From a virus (Duplodnaviria > Caudoviricetes): DNA of 63,073 nucleotides. A program made the position numbers and the translations under genes. This document shows, one piece after another, positions 36,485 through 44,148 of the stretch; position 1 is the first letter of the stretch; each line of letters opens with the position of its first letter. Location: positions 1-63,073 of IMG/VR virus record IMGVR_UViG_3300043449_000393; one strand, 5' to 3'. The notes beneath the pieces were generated by a model. That model was given only the letters and a program-made list of their open reading frames with translations, was not told the origin of the DNA and did no database searches.

Positions 36485-36555
36485 GGCCGGTTGTCATGGC
36501 CGGTTCCTTTGTGGTTGATGAACTCGCCCCCGGCTTAAACACCGGGGGCTTTTTT
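36485..36555 (+). ncRNA. Candidate ~70-nt sRNA with an anti-Shine-Dalgarno seed
   Basis: Promoter, 5' hairpin, UUCCUUUGUGGUUGAU seed, intrinsic terminator. Confidence 0.5.
36526..36555 (+). terminator. Rho-independent terminator ending the plus-strand block
   Basis: GCCCCCGG-CTTAAACA-CCGGGGGC-TTTTTT. Confidence 0.88.
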
Positions 36556-36734
36556 CACTTCTTACCTTTGTGCATGCCGGGCTCAAACTTCTTCTCCATG
36601 GCGGCGTAAGCCTTCTTGGAGGGAGCCATTTTCTTCTCGGCAGCTTCCATCTTCTTGGATTCGCCTTTACCAAATGGGTTGGCTTTGGCTTTGTTGGTAG
36701 CGGTACGTTGACCGCGCATTGGCATCGACTTCAT
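36555..36734 (-). CDS. Small basic (Lys/Met-rich) protein
   Basis: GGAG SD; MKSMPMRGQRTATNK. Confidence 0.7.
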   Translation of the reverse strand: MKSMPMRGQRTATNKAKANPFGKGESKKMEAAEKKMAPSKKAYAAMEKKFEPGMHKGKK

Positions 36735-36753
36735 GGGAATCTCCAGTTGGGGG

Positions 36754-36987
36754 TTAGCGGTACTTCGCGGTTTTTGCAGCAATCTTTTTGGGTTGCGCTA
36801 CAAACTGTTTGCCTTGCGCCTTACCTGCACGCTTGGCCTTGGTCGTTTCTGCATACTCAGCAGGACTCAGTGATTTGATGGCGGCTTCTGGCAAGTACCG
36901 CTCACCCGTTTTAGAGGACGGCTTGCCACTTTTTGTTCGCCATTTAGCGTCCGTCCAGTCCTTCAGAGATTTTTGAGGGGCTTTCAA
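36754..36987 (-). CDS. Small basic protein, C-terminal half of a DUF5872-like pair
   Basis: TTG start overlapping the upstream TGA; QKSLKDWT-KWRTKSGK, GERYLP, GKQFV. Confidence 0.7.
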   Translation of the reverse strand: MKAPQKSLKDWTDAKWRTKSGKPSSKTGERYLPEAAIKSLSPAEYAETTKAKRAGKAQGKQFVAQPKKIAAKTAKYR

Positions 36988-37172
36988 TCTCGATACCCCC
37001 CACCAGCAGCCTTGTATTTCTTGGCTACGAGCTGTGCCTTGCGGGCAGACCACTGACCCGCACCAGTGCCTTGGGTAGCTGCGGCTTTTACCTGAGACAC
37101 AATCCGCCTGCGCATCTCGGGTTTGGTGTAGTTGCCAGCAGCGTTGACTGTAGATTTAGACTTGGTGGCCAT
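36984..37172 (-). CDS. Small basic protein, N-terminal half of a DUF5872-like pair
   Basis: NYTKP, GQWSARKAQL, YKAAGGGY. Confidence 0.75.
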   Translation of the reverse strand: MATKSKSTVNAAGNYTKPEMRRRIVSQVKAAATQGTGAGQWSARKAQLVAKKYKAAGGGYRD

Positions 37173-37173
37173 G

Positions 37174-37428
37174 TCAGCACTTCCACGCACGCAACGACTT
37201 GTTGATGCGGCTGTTGGGGTCGTTGGCAGTTTTGGCGCTGGTCAACTTCTCCTTCATGCCTTCCATTCTGGCACAAAAAGAGTCCTTGCGGGGACCACCT
37301 TCGGGTTGAGGAGCCTTGAGTCCCGGCTTGCCGGGGTTAGCTTTATTGTAGGAGGCACGCCCTTTGGCGTTGAGCCCACCCTTGGGGTCTTTGCCTTCTT
37401 TGCGTGTCCATGCAGGTGTCTTAGCCAT
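37174..37428 (-). CDS. Small basic conserved phage protein (DUF6321-like)
   Basis: GGLNAKGRAS, SFCARM, SRINKSLRAWKC. Confidence 0.75.
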   Translation of the reverse strand: MAKTPAWTRKEGKDPKGGLNAKGRASYNKANPGKPGLKAPQPEGGPRKDSFCARMEGMKEKLTSAKTANDPNSRINKSLRAWKC

Positions 37429-40400
37429 TAGATTTGCTCCTCAACGAATCGTTTGTTTGCCTTGTTGAACTGTACACCATCAACGACTTGCCGCTCACGC
37501 TTGGCTTGAGACTGTGGAGCCTTAAGCAATTCAGACAGTGGTTGGCGAGTGTAGCCGTTCTTGACTCTGGCTTCCTGCAGCTTTGCCCACGCATCGCGAG
37601 CTTCAGCCGTAGACTCACCAGCGCGGATGGCCTTGATGTAGTCAGCCTTGACCTTGGTAGACCGGTCTTGGTAGAACTGGTTCATCTCCAGCGTGTTCTG
37701 CTGGCGTTCCATTATCACGGACTGCTGGACTGGCTGAATACCCATGGCCTGCACAACAGCTTCCCAAGCACTGACCTCCGACGCTGGCAGTACTATGTCA
37801 CCGTTACGGCGTGTCATTCCTTGCGTGGAAATGCGGTAAGCCTTGGCGGCGTCACCCAGACCCTTGGGGAGAACTTGCTCCATGCCCTTGTACCATTCAC
37901 CGCTGAGCATCTGGCCGAGGCCGTCAGCCACACGAGCGGCCATACCAACTGGAGCGCCGCCCAGCAAAGTACCAGCAGCCTCAATCACGCCGGACTTGGT
38001 AGTCAGGTCAGCTTGGCTGAACGGCATGATGGACAGCATGTTGCCTGCGCCCACTTTGCCAGAGATGTCCACACCAGCCAGCGTCGGAGCACCGCGCATG
38101 ATCAAGTTGGCCATGTCCTCGTCGCCGATAAACTTGCGCAACTCAGCTGTGACATCCAATGGATCGTCGTCATCACCGAACAGAGCTCCGATAGCCCAAG
38201 CAATCGCGGAGTAGCCGGGCAAGCCCATGGCACCAGCCAGCAATGCAGTGTGGCCAAGTGAGTAGGCCAGAGCCTTGGTAGCTGCGAGTTTTTCTTTGCT
38301 GTCAAAGCCAGCGTCCTTGAGCAGCTTGGCGTAGTACGTCAGCTGAATCAACTGGAACTTGCGGAACTGCAACGCCACCTTGCCGACTGGATTGTTGAAG
38401 AATCGTGGGGCGTTGAACGCCGAGTAGTCACCATGGGTCTCAGTCAGGATGCGGTCAGCGTAGTTGATGGCGGCTTCTTTGTCACCAGTCTTGGCCAACT
38501 CCAAACGGTATGCAGCCATGGCTGTGGACAAGCGGTTGATAGATTCAACCTTCTGCACGGCAACACGCAAGAACTTATCGACCTTGTTCCAGCCTTTGCT
38601 GAACGCGCTATCGCCGTCGATCTTGAACTCGCCCAGTTCGGTCTCCAAGCCAATGTCGATCTTGCCTCGATTGGCCAGCTCTTGGATGGCGTCGCGCACG
38701 TCGGCAGGAACCTTGCTAAAGTCAAACTGCTGGTCGTACCGAGCAGACTTCATAACGTTGCCCAGCTGGCTGTACGCTGTGAACAACGCAGTGGAGGTCT
38801 TGGTGTAATCGTGGCGACCGGCCATGGCTGGAACCGACATCATCCAAGGCTGTGTCAAGTTCTGCATGTAGTACGCAGGGCTTGTGGCCAAGAAGTAGAT
38901 CGAGCTTAGGCGCGTGACCTTGCTGATAGCTGGAATAGGCTTGACGTCCAACGATGAGTCGTATCGGCGCGTGATCTCATTCAGAATTTCTGACTTGCGG
39001 TTCAAGTCACCGCTGCCAGCGTTTTCCTCTTTGCGCATGGCCTGAATCACGTCTTGCACCTGTGGGTTGTACTCCACGGACGCCACGAAATTGGCATCAG
39101 CGCGACCCTGAGAGGCAAACGAGCGCAGCATGTCGATCTCACCAGACACACCACGGCGACGCATCTCTGACTTACGAGCGCTACCTTCGGCCAAAGCCTG
39201 CAGGTACATGTCACTGACCATGCGTTGAATCTGAGCTGCGCCTTTGTCGCCAGCGTTGGCCTTGGCGTCTGCCATAGCACGCAGTCGGGTAATTGCGCCA
39301 AGTGAGTCACGGCTACCGAACAACTCTTTGTCAGCAACAGAACGCTCTTTGAACGCAACCGTGCCGCCGTTAAAATGGCCTTGGGCGGTCAACTGGTCTG
39401 CCAAATTGCGAGCTTCATTCTTGGTCTCAGTGAAACTCACGTGGTAGTGGTCTGGGTCTTTCTCCAGACGAGACAGCAGTTTAGTGTCGTTGGCAGCCTT
39501 GGCAGCAATGTACTCTTTGGACTTGGCCACAACAACATGGTCGCCGAAGCGCTTGATTGGAGCGTACGGGATGCCCTCACGAATCTTGAACAGTCGAGCA
39601 AATCGCTTCAGGTCGTTGGCCTTCTCTTTGACCAACTTGGCTTTCTTCAGTGGATCAGTCTCGGCGGCAATGCGAGCGTCGTACTCGGATGTGGCGTAGT
39701 CCACCACAGCCTTCTTCTTGGCCGACAACATCTTGTCACCGTGGGCAAAGATAGCCTTGGCATACGCTTGAGCCTTCGGGCCCAGTGCGTTGAACATCGC
39801 AGCCATCTTAGGGTCAGCCTTAAAGGTGCCCTTGTCGTAGCCCCACTTGCCGGTGCGGGTGGACTCAAAGAGGAACTGGTTGACGCTGTTGGGGCCGTCG
39901 CCTTTGTTGGCTTCTTCGATGGTTGCGTACATGTCAGCAACGCGCTCGACTTCGCGCTCCAAGGAACGAGCCTTGGTATCACGCTTGGCCAACAGGCTTT
40001 CAAACGTAGCGGCAGACTTGATGCCGACATCCACAGCTCGCTTGATGAGATCGCTGGTAAACACCACGCGGTCCAAACCCTGACGAACCCAGTCGCCGAT
40101 GGTGTTGATGCTGTCACTCACAGGCTTTTGGGCCTGCTCAGGCAGCTTGGAGACGGCCTTGTTTACTTGGGCTTGTCGGCTGGCTCGAGAAACTGCGCCA
40201 ACAGGCTGCGTGCCTTGCTGTCCAGCTTGAACTTGTCCTGACTGAGCACCTTGCTGGGCACCTTGGGCGCGTTGGTAGTTTGTGGCTTTGACTTGTTCAT
40301 GTGCTTTCTCCATAAAAGCGTGTGTTGCTGGCAGGTTATCACGGAGGAAATCCATGCCGCCGTTCATGTTTGAGAAAGCCCACACCTGTGCAAAGACTTC

Positions 40401-43400
40401 CTCACGCAGTTCTTGCATAGTCAACGAGCGGTTCTCTGCATCCGACATGTCGAGCGGATAGTTAAGCAAATAGCCGATGGGCGAAGTTTCGCTGCTGTCA
40501 TCAAAGTGGTTCAGGATTTCGTCCATAACGGAACCGGGGCGCAGGGCCAACAGCTCGCCGTTAACACGAGAGACCTTGAACTCCTTGTCGTTAGAGAACT
40601 TACCAGCGCCGCCCTCAACAGCGTCGATGCCATGACCGACTTCGTGGAGCGTAGCAACGGTCGCCAGCTGCTTGTCCTTGAGAATCAAGCCGTTATAGAT
40701 GATGGTGCGTTTGCCGTCAATCACGGTGTAGAGTGCGTCCCACTTTACAGGAGAGAACGTAACCATCCAAGAGTCAATGGCATCAACAGCGTTGCCCATG
40801 CCCATGTTCTGCAACCCACGGATACCGGCGGCAATACCTTCGGAATAGCCCGACAAGTCGTCGAGCGAAGCCTCAACGGACTCAAACTCAGTCCCGCTCT
40901 GGTCAGCAGTGCGGACGCTACGACGCGACTTACGAGCAAACTTGGTCAACTCAGTCTCAACGTCAGCCTTGGTCCAGTTGCCTTCACCGAAGCCGATGAA
41001 TGTGTTCTGCTGAGCCTTGGTCAGGTCAGCGAACTTGGGAGCTTGCGGATACTCAGAAGCGACTACATCCCACGCTTGGGCTGCTTGCTCGGCTTGAGTA
41101 AGGATGACGCTTGGGGCTTGGGCTTTACCTTCTGCGGCAGGCTTTTTGACACGCCGTACTTGTCCGCCCACTCCTTTGCCAGTTTCGGCTTCTGGCTGAA
41201 CAGATACGCTTGTTGGGCTTTTGACTTGAACGGCATTGGTTTTCTCCAGTTTGGCCAGTTTGACGGACAGCTCTTTGGTCTGTCCGCTTTGGAACGCCAC
41301 AGTCACCGTGGTCGCATCGCCATCACCGGCAAAACTCTTGACCACACCAGTACCCAGCTTGGGGTTCATAACGGTGTCGCCAACAGCCAGACCTTTGCGA
41401 TCAGCTTCCAGCTTGGCAGCACGCTCAGCGCGGAACTTGGCAGCCTCAGCTTCTTTGGCAGCGTCTTTTTCCTCAGCAACCACTTGAGCAGCTTCAGTCT
41501 TGGCTTTGCCTTTCTTGCGCTCACCTTTTGTCTTGGTAGCGTTGGCCACCAGAGCTTCGTATTTAGCGGTCAGGCTTTCAATTTGTTCAGCAGCCGCAGC
41601 AGCGGCTTGTGGCAGATTCAGCTGTTGTAGCTCTTCGGCAGCAGTTCGCAGTGCATCAATAGAGTCAGCAATGGCCACCAGATCGACGGCCATTTGGCTA
41701 CCAGCGGTACTGGCTTTTTGCCATTCGCGGGCGTCGTCCATGGTCGAGAACGCTTCACCAGCCTCGCCCTCAAACCCCATGTCCTTCAGCGCAGCGGCCA
41801 AGTCGCCGGATTCGATATTGCCTTTGACGCGATCAATTTGCTCGCTGAGCTCGGACATGCGATCAATATCAGCCTGAGTTGGCTTGCCCTTGGACTCAAG
41901 GCGGCTCAGTTCGCCTTCCAACTTACCCAGTTCGGTAGCGGCTGCTTTTTTGGCAGACTGAATGCCGAGGCTATCAAACACTTGGCTGCGGTCAAACCCC
42001 ATGGATGTCGCAATGTTTGCGAGCAACTCAGGGTTGCCGATCTGTCGCACACGAGACTCTGCAATACCAAAGGACGCAGCGATCTCCTTGGCAATGTTGC
42101 CTTTGTACCCTTCGGGCACAGACCGACGCGCCGTGATGTAGGCGTTCAAGATTTGGCGGTCGCGCTCTTTGTCTTTGGATTTAGACAGGTGCTGCTCGAT
42201 AACAGCTTCCAAGTCGTCCGCCGTAAAGTCAGTCTGGTTGCCGCGCAAGCCAGCTTCGTCTTCCAACACAGCATCAATGCCACCAGCGTTGCCGGTCATC
42301 CGGGCAATGTCAGCGATGTTTGTGATGTCAGTCTCGCCGGGCAGCTTTTCCTGCTTGGGCAGACGCAGAGTCGTGTTGGGCTTTATCGCAGGGGCGGCAC
42401 TTGGGACGGTGGTTGTGGTTTGTCCTTGCGGCGCTGTTTGGATGGTTTGAGAGGCTTGAGTGCCACTTGGGGCTCCAGTAGTTACAGTGGTAGTCGGTTG
42501 GCCGGGGGTGACTGAAAGAATGCCAGCTTCTCGAAGTGGGGCTCCAGTTGTTGGGGTAGCTCCAACCACCGCTCCTGCGACAGGAGCAGCTGGTCCTGCA
42601 TTTCCCACAGTTCCTTGAACGTCAACGCCCCCGACTCCCACGCCTCCTGCAGGCTGCTGTACAGTAGAAACTCCTGTGCCACGTGGACTCCTTGCGCGGA
42701 TGATTTCACCGACTGCCTTACGGGCGTCGACAAGCTTACTACTGGCCAGAGCATTCAGAACAGGCTCAGCTTCTGGCGAAGCAGGATCAATGCCCTTGGA
42801 CACCATGTATTCATAGATGCCGCGAGTACTCTTGGTAGGCTTGATGCCGTGGCCGTTGAGCTCCTCATCCAGTGGACTGAAGATCGAAGGCGCAGCGGGC
42901 TTGGTTTCCGCAGCAGGTGCGGCGGCGGTAGGAGCAACCTCAGCAGGCGTAGCCGCAGGCGCGGTCAGGTCTGTCTCTTGACTGAGAATGGTCGGTGTTA
43001 CCAGCGATGACCCAGCGTAAGCCCCACCAAGCAAATTGGCGTTTGCGTATGGGCTGCCCATCAGCGAAGCTGTATCCAGCCCGGTCAGGGTTCCAGTTCG
43101 TGGCGCTGGAGCTTGTTGCTCCGTGCTTGTGTCTGGCTGGGTCAAGTCAATTTGACCCGACTCAGGGCGTGGGGCTCGAATACCACCAACGCCGCCCATT
43201 AAGCCGCCAAGAGTAGCTCCGCCTACGAACGAGTCCAAATAGCGTTTGTTGGCCTCCTCATTGAACAGTGTCTCGTTGGGGTTGACCGCCATACGACCGG
43301 CGTACTGGTTGATCATTTCTTGGCCGGTTTCGCCAAGGCTTTCGCCCACCGTACCTTCAGCAATTCCAGTGGCTACGCGGCGACCAATACCAGCTTCGCC

Positions 43401-44087
43401 CCGAATAAGTGGTCGCAGGCCACGAGCTGCCATACCCTCAACGCCAACAGCATTTAACGCAGCATAGGGGATACCGCCGAGAGCTGCGGCTCCAAGGTTT
43501 TCACCGCCAGCTTCGCGCTGAGCAGACAGGATGTCACCAACTGCACTGGGATAGCTAGCACCGACAGCACCTGCGGTAGCGGCAGCAGCGCGGCCAAGAC
43601 CCATTCGAGCCGCAGTACCGCCCAAAGCCAAACCGCCAGTCAGACCGCCAGCTACAGCCTCGCCAAGATATGGAAGCGACTGGGCAGCTAGACCACCGGC
43701 ATAGTTAAGGGCGCTGCCAACACCAGTAATGTCACGCCAGTCTTCAACGCCACCGAGCTCACGGGCGCGTTGAGCCGCATAGGCAGCGGCACTTTCATTA
43801 GCAGCACGACGTTGGTCAAACGCTGCGGCTGTGTCCTCCGCACCAACACCTCGAGCAATAGCTCCGCCAAGGCCGAGCAGGTTAGCTTGGTACTGGTCAA
43901 TGCCAGCAGAGATACGACTGCCTGTAAGACCGCGCTTAGCGCCCCCATACCCTATTTCAGCTGCGTAATCGTCTAGTGAAGGGTAGTAGCTTTTGTACTG
44001 TTGGAAGGTGCTTTGCAGAATATCTTCGTCAGTGAGGTTTTCAAGACCGCCATTGGCTTTACGAATATCTGCAATGGAACGTGGCAT
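37428..44087 (-). CDS. Giant polyvalent internal virion/ejection protein, 2219 aa
   Basis: Last of three ejection-type genes; Gly/Ala hydrophobic N-terminus, HTH, Tudor-like domain, HEVGH metallopeptidase, PLxRFG-like YAPIKRFG, conserved helical C-terminus. Confidence 0.85.
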   Translation of the reverse strand: MPRSIADIRKANGGLENLTDEDILQSTFQQYKSYYPSLDDYAAEIGYGGAKRGLTGSRISAGIDQYQANLLGLGGAIARGVGAEDTAAAFDQRRAANESAAAYAAQRARELGGVEDWRDITGVGSALNYAGGLAAQSLPYLGEAVAGGLTGGLALGGTAARMGLGRAAAATAGAVGASYPSAVGDILSAQREAGGENLGAAALGGIPYAALNAVGVEGMAARGLRPLIRGEAGIGRRVATGIAEGTVGESLGETGQEMINQYAGRMAVNPNETLFNEEANKRYLDSFVGGATLGGLMGGVGGIRAPRPESGQIDLTQPDTSTEQQAPAPRTGTLTGLDTASLMGSPYANANLLGGAYAGSSLVTPTILSQETDLTAPAATPAEVAPTAAAPAAETKPAAPSIFSPLDEELNGHGIKPTKSTRGIYEYMVSKGIDPASPEAEPVLNALASSKLVDARKAVGEIIRARSPRGTGVSTVQQPAGGVGVGGVDVQGTVGNAGPAAPVAGAVVGATPTTGAPLREAGILSVTPGQPTTTVTTGAPSGTQASQTIQTAPQGQTTTTVPSAAPAIKPNTTLRLPKQEKLPGETDITNIADIARMTGNAGGIDAVLEDEAGLRGNQTDFTADDLEAVIEQHLSKSKDKERDRQILNAYITARRSVPEGYKGNIAKEIAASFGIAESRVRQIGNPELLANIATSMGFDRSQVFDSLGIQSAKKAAATELGKLEGELSRLESKGKPTQADIDRMSELSEQIDRVKGNIESGDLAAALKDMGFEGEAGEAFSTMDDAREWQKASTAGSQMAVDLVAIADSIDALRTAAEELQQLNLPQAAAAAAEQIESLTAKYEALVANATKTKGERKKGKAKTEAAQVVAEEKDAAKEAEAAKFRAERAAKLEADRKGLAVGDTVMNPKLGTGVVKSFAGDGDATTVTVAFQSGQTKELSVKLAKLEKTNAVQVKSPTSVSVQPEAETGKGVGGQVRRVKKPAAEGKAQAPSVILTQAEQAAQAWDVVASEYPQAPKFADLTKAQQNTFIGFGEGNWTKADVETELTKFARKSRRSVRTADQSGTEFESVEASLDDLSGYSEGIAAGIRGLQNMGMGNAVDAIDSWMVTFSPVKWDALYTVIDGKRTIIYNGLILKDKQLATVATLHEVGHGIDAVEGGAGKFSNDKEFKVSRVNGELLALRPGSVMDEILNHFDDSSETSPIGYLLNYPLDMSDAENRSLTMQELREEVFAQVWAFSNMNGGMDFLRDNLPATHAFMEKAHEQVKATNYQRAQGAQQGAQSGQVQAGQQGTQPVGAVSRASRQAQVNKAVSKLPEQAQKPVSDSINTIGDWVRQGLDRVVFTSDLIKRAVDVGIKSAATFESLLAKRDTKARSLEREVERVADMYATIEEANKGDGPNSVNQFLFESTRTGKWGYDKGTFKADPKMAAMFNALGPKAQAYAKAIFAHGDKMLSAKKKAVVDYATSEYDARIAAETDPLKKAKLVKEKANDLKRFARLFKIREGIPYAPIKRFGDHVVVAKSKEYIAAKAANDTKLLSRLEKDPDHYHVSFTETKNEARNLADQLTAQGHFNGGTVAFKERSVADKELFGSRDSLGAITRLRAMADAKANAGDKGAAQIQRMVSDMYLQALAEGSARKSEMRRRGVSGEIDMLRSFASQGRADANFVASVEYNPQVQDVIQAMRKEENAGSGDLNRKSEILNEITRRYDSSLDVKPIPAISKVTRLSSIYFLATSPAYYMQNLTQPWMMSVPAMAGRHDYTKTSTALFTAYSQLGNVMKSARYDQQFDFSKVPADVRDAIQELANRGKIDIGLETELGEFKIDGDSAFSKGWNKVDKFLRVAVQKVESINRLSTAMAAYRLELAKTGDKEAAINYADRILTETHGDYSAFNAPRFFNNPVGKVALQFRKFQLIQLTYYAKLLKDAGFDSKEKLAATKALAYSLGHTALLAGAMGLPGYSAIAWAIGALFGDDDDPLDVTAELRKFIGDEDMANLIMRGAPTLAGVDISGKVGAGNMLSIMPFSQADLTTKSGVIEAAGTLLGGAPVGMAARVADGLGQMLSGEWYKGMEQVLPKGLGDAAKAYRISTQGMTRRNGDIVLPASEVSAWEAVVQAMGIQPVQQSVIMERQQNTLEMNQFYQDRSTKVKADYIKAIRAGESTAEARDAWAKLQEARVKNGYTRQPLSELLKAPQSQAKRERQVVDGVQFNKANKRFVEEQI
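40163..40300 (-). CDS. Nested +1-frame ORF D, 45 aa, basic
   Basis: GGAG-N7-ATG; MNKSKPQTTNAPKVPSKVLSQDKFKLDSKARSLLAQFLEPADKPK. Confidence 0.55.
   Translation of the reverse strand: MNKSKPQTTNAPKVPSKVLSQDKFKLDSKARSLLAQFLEPADKPK
41063..41236 (-). CDS. Nested +1-frame ORF C, 57 aa, MPFKS-type small basic protein
   Basis: GGAG-N7-ATG; MPFKSKAQQAYLFSQKPKLAKEWADKYGVSKSLPQKVK... Confidence 0.75.
   Translation of the reverse strand: MPFKSKAQQAYLFSQKPKLAKEWADKYGVSKSLPQKVKPKPQASSLLKPSKQPKRGM
42383..42466 (-). CDS. Nested +1-frame ORF B, 27 aa, basic
   Basis: GGAG-N6-GTG; MALKPLKPSKQRRKDKPQPPSQVPPLR. Confidence 0.5.
   Translation of the reverse strand: MALKPLKPSKQRRKDKPQPPSQVPPLR
42482..42682 (-). 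CDS. Nested +1-frame ORF A, 66 aa, acidic and helical
   Basis: AAGGAG-N5-GTG; MAQEFLLYSSLQEAWESGALTFKELWEMQDQLL... Confidence 0.65.
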   Translation of the reverse strand: MAQEFLLYSSLQEAWESGALTFKELWEMQDQLLLSQERWLELPQQLEPHFEKLAFFQSPPANRLPL

Positions 44088-44148
44088 GGCAACAACCTTG
44101 TCTTAATCTAGGTAGCTAGTATAAAGTCGTTTGCCATGCCGGACAACA

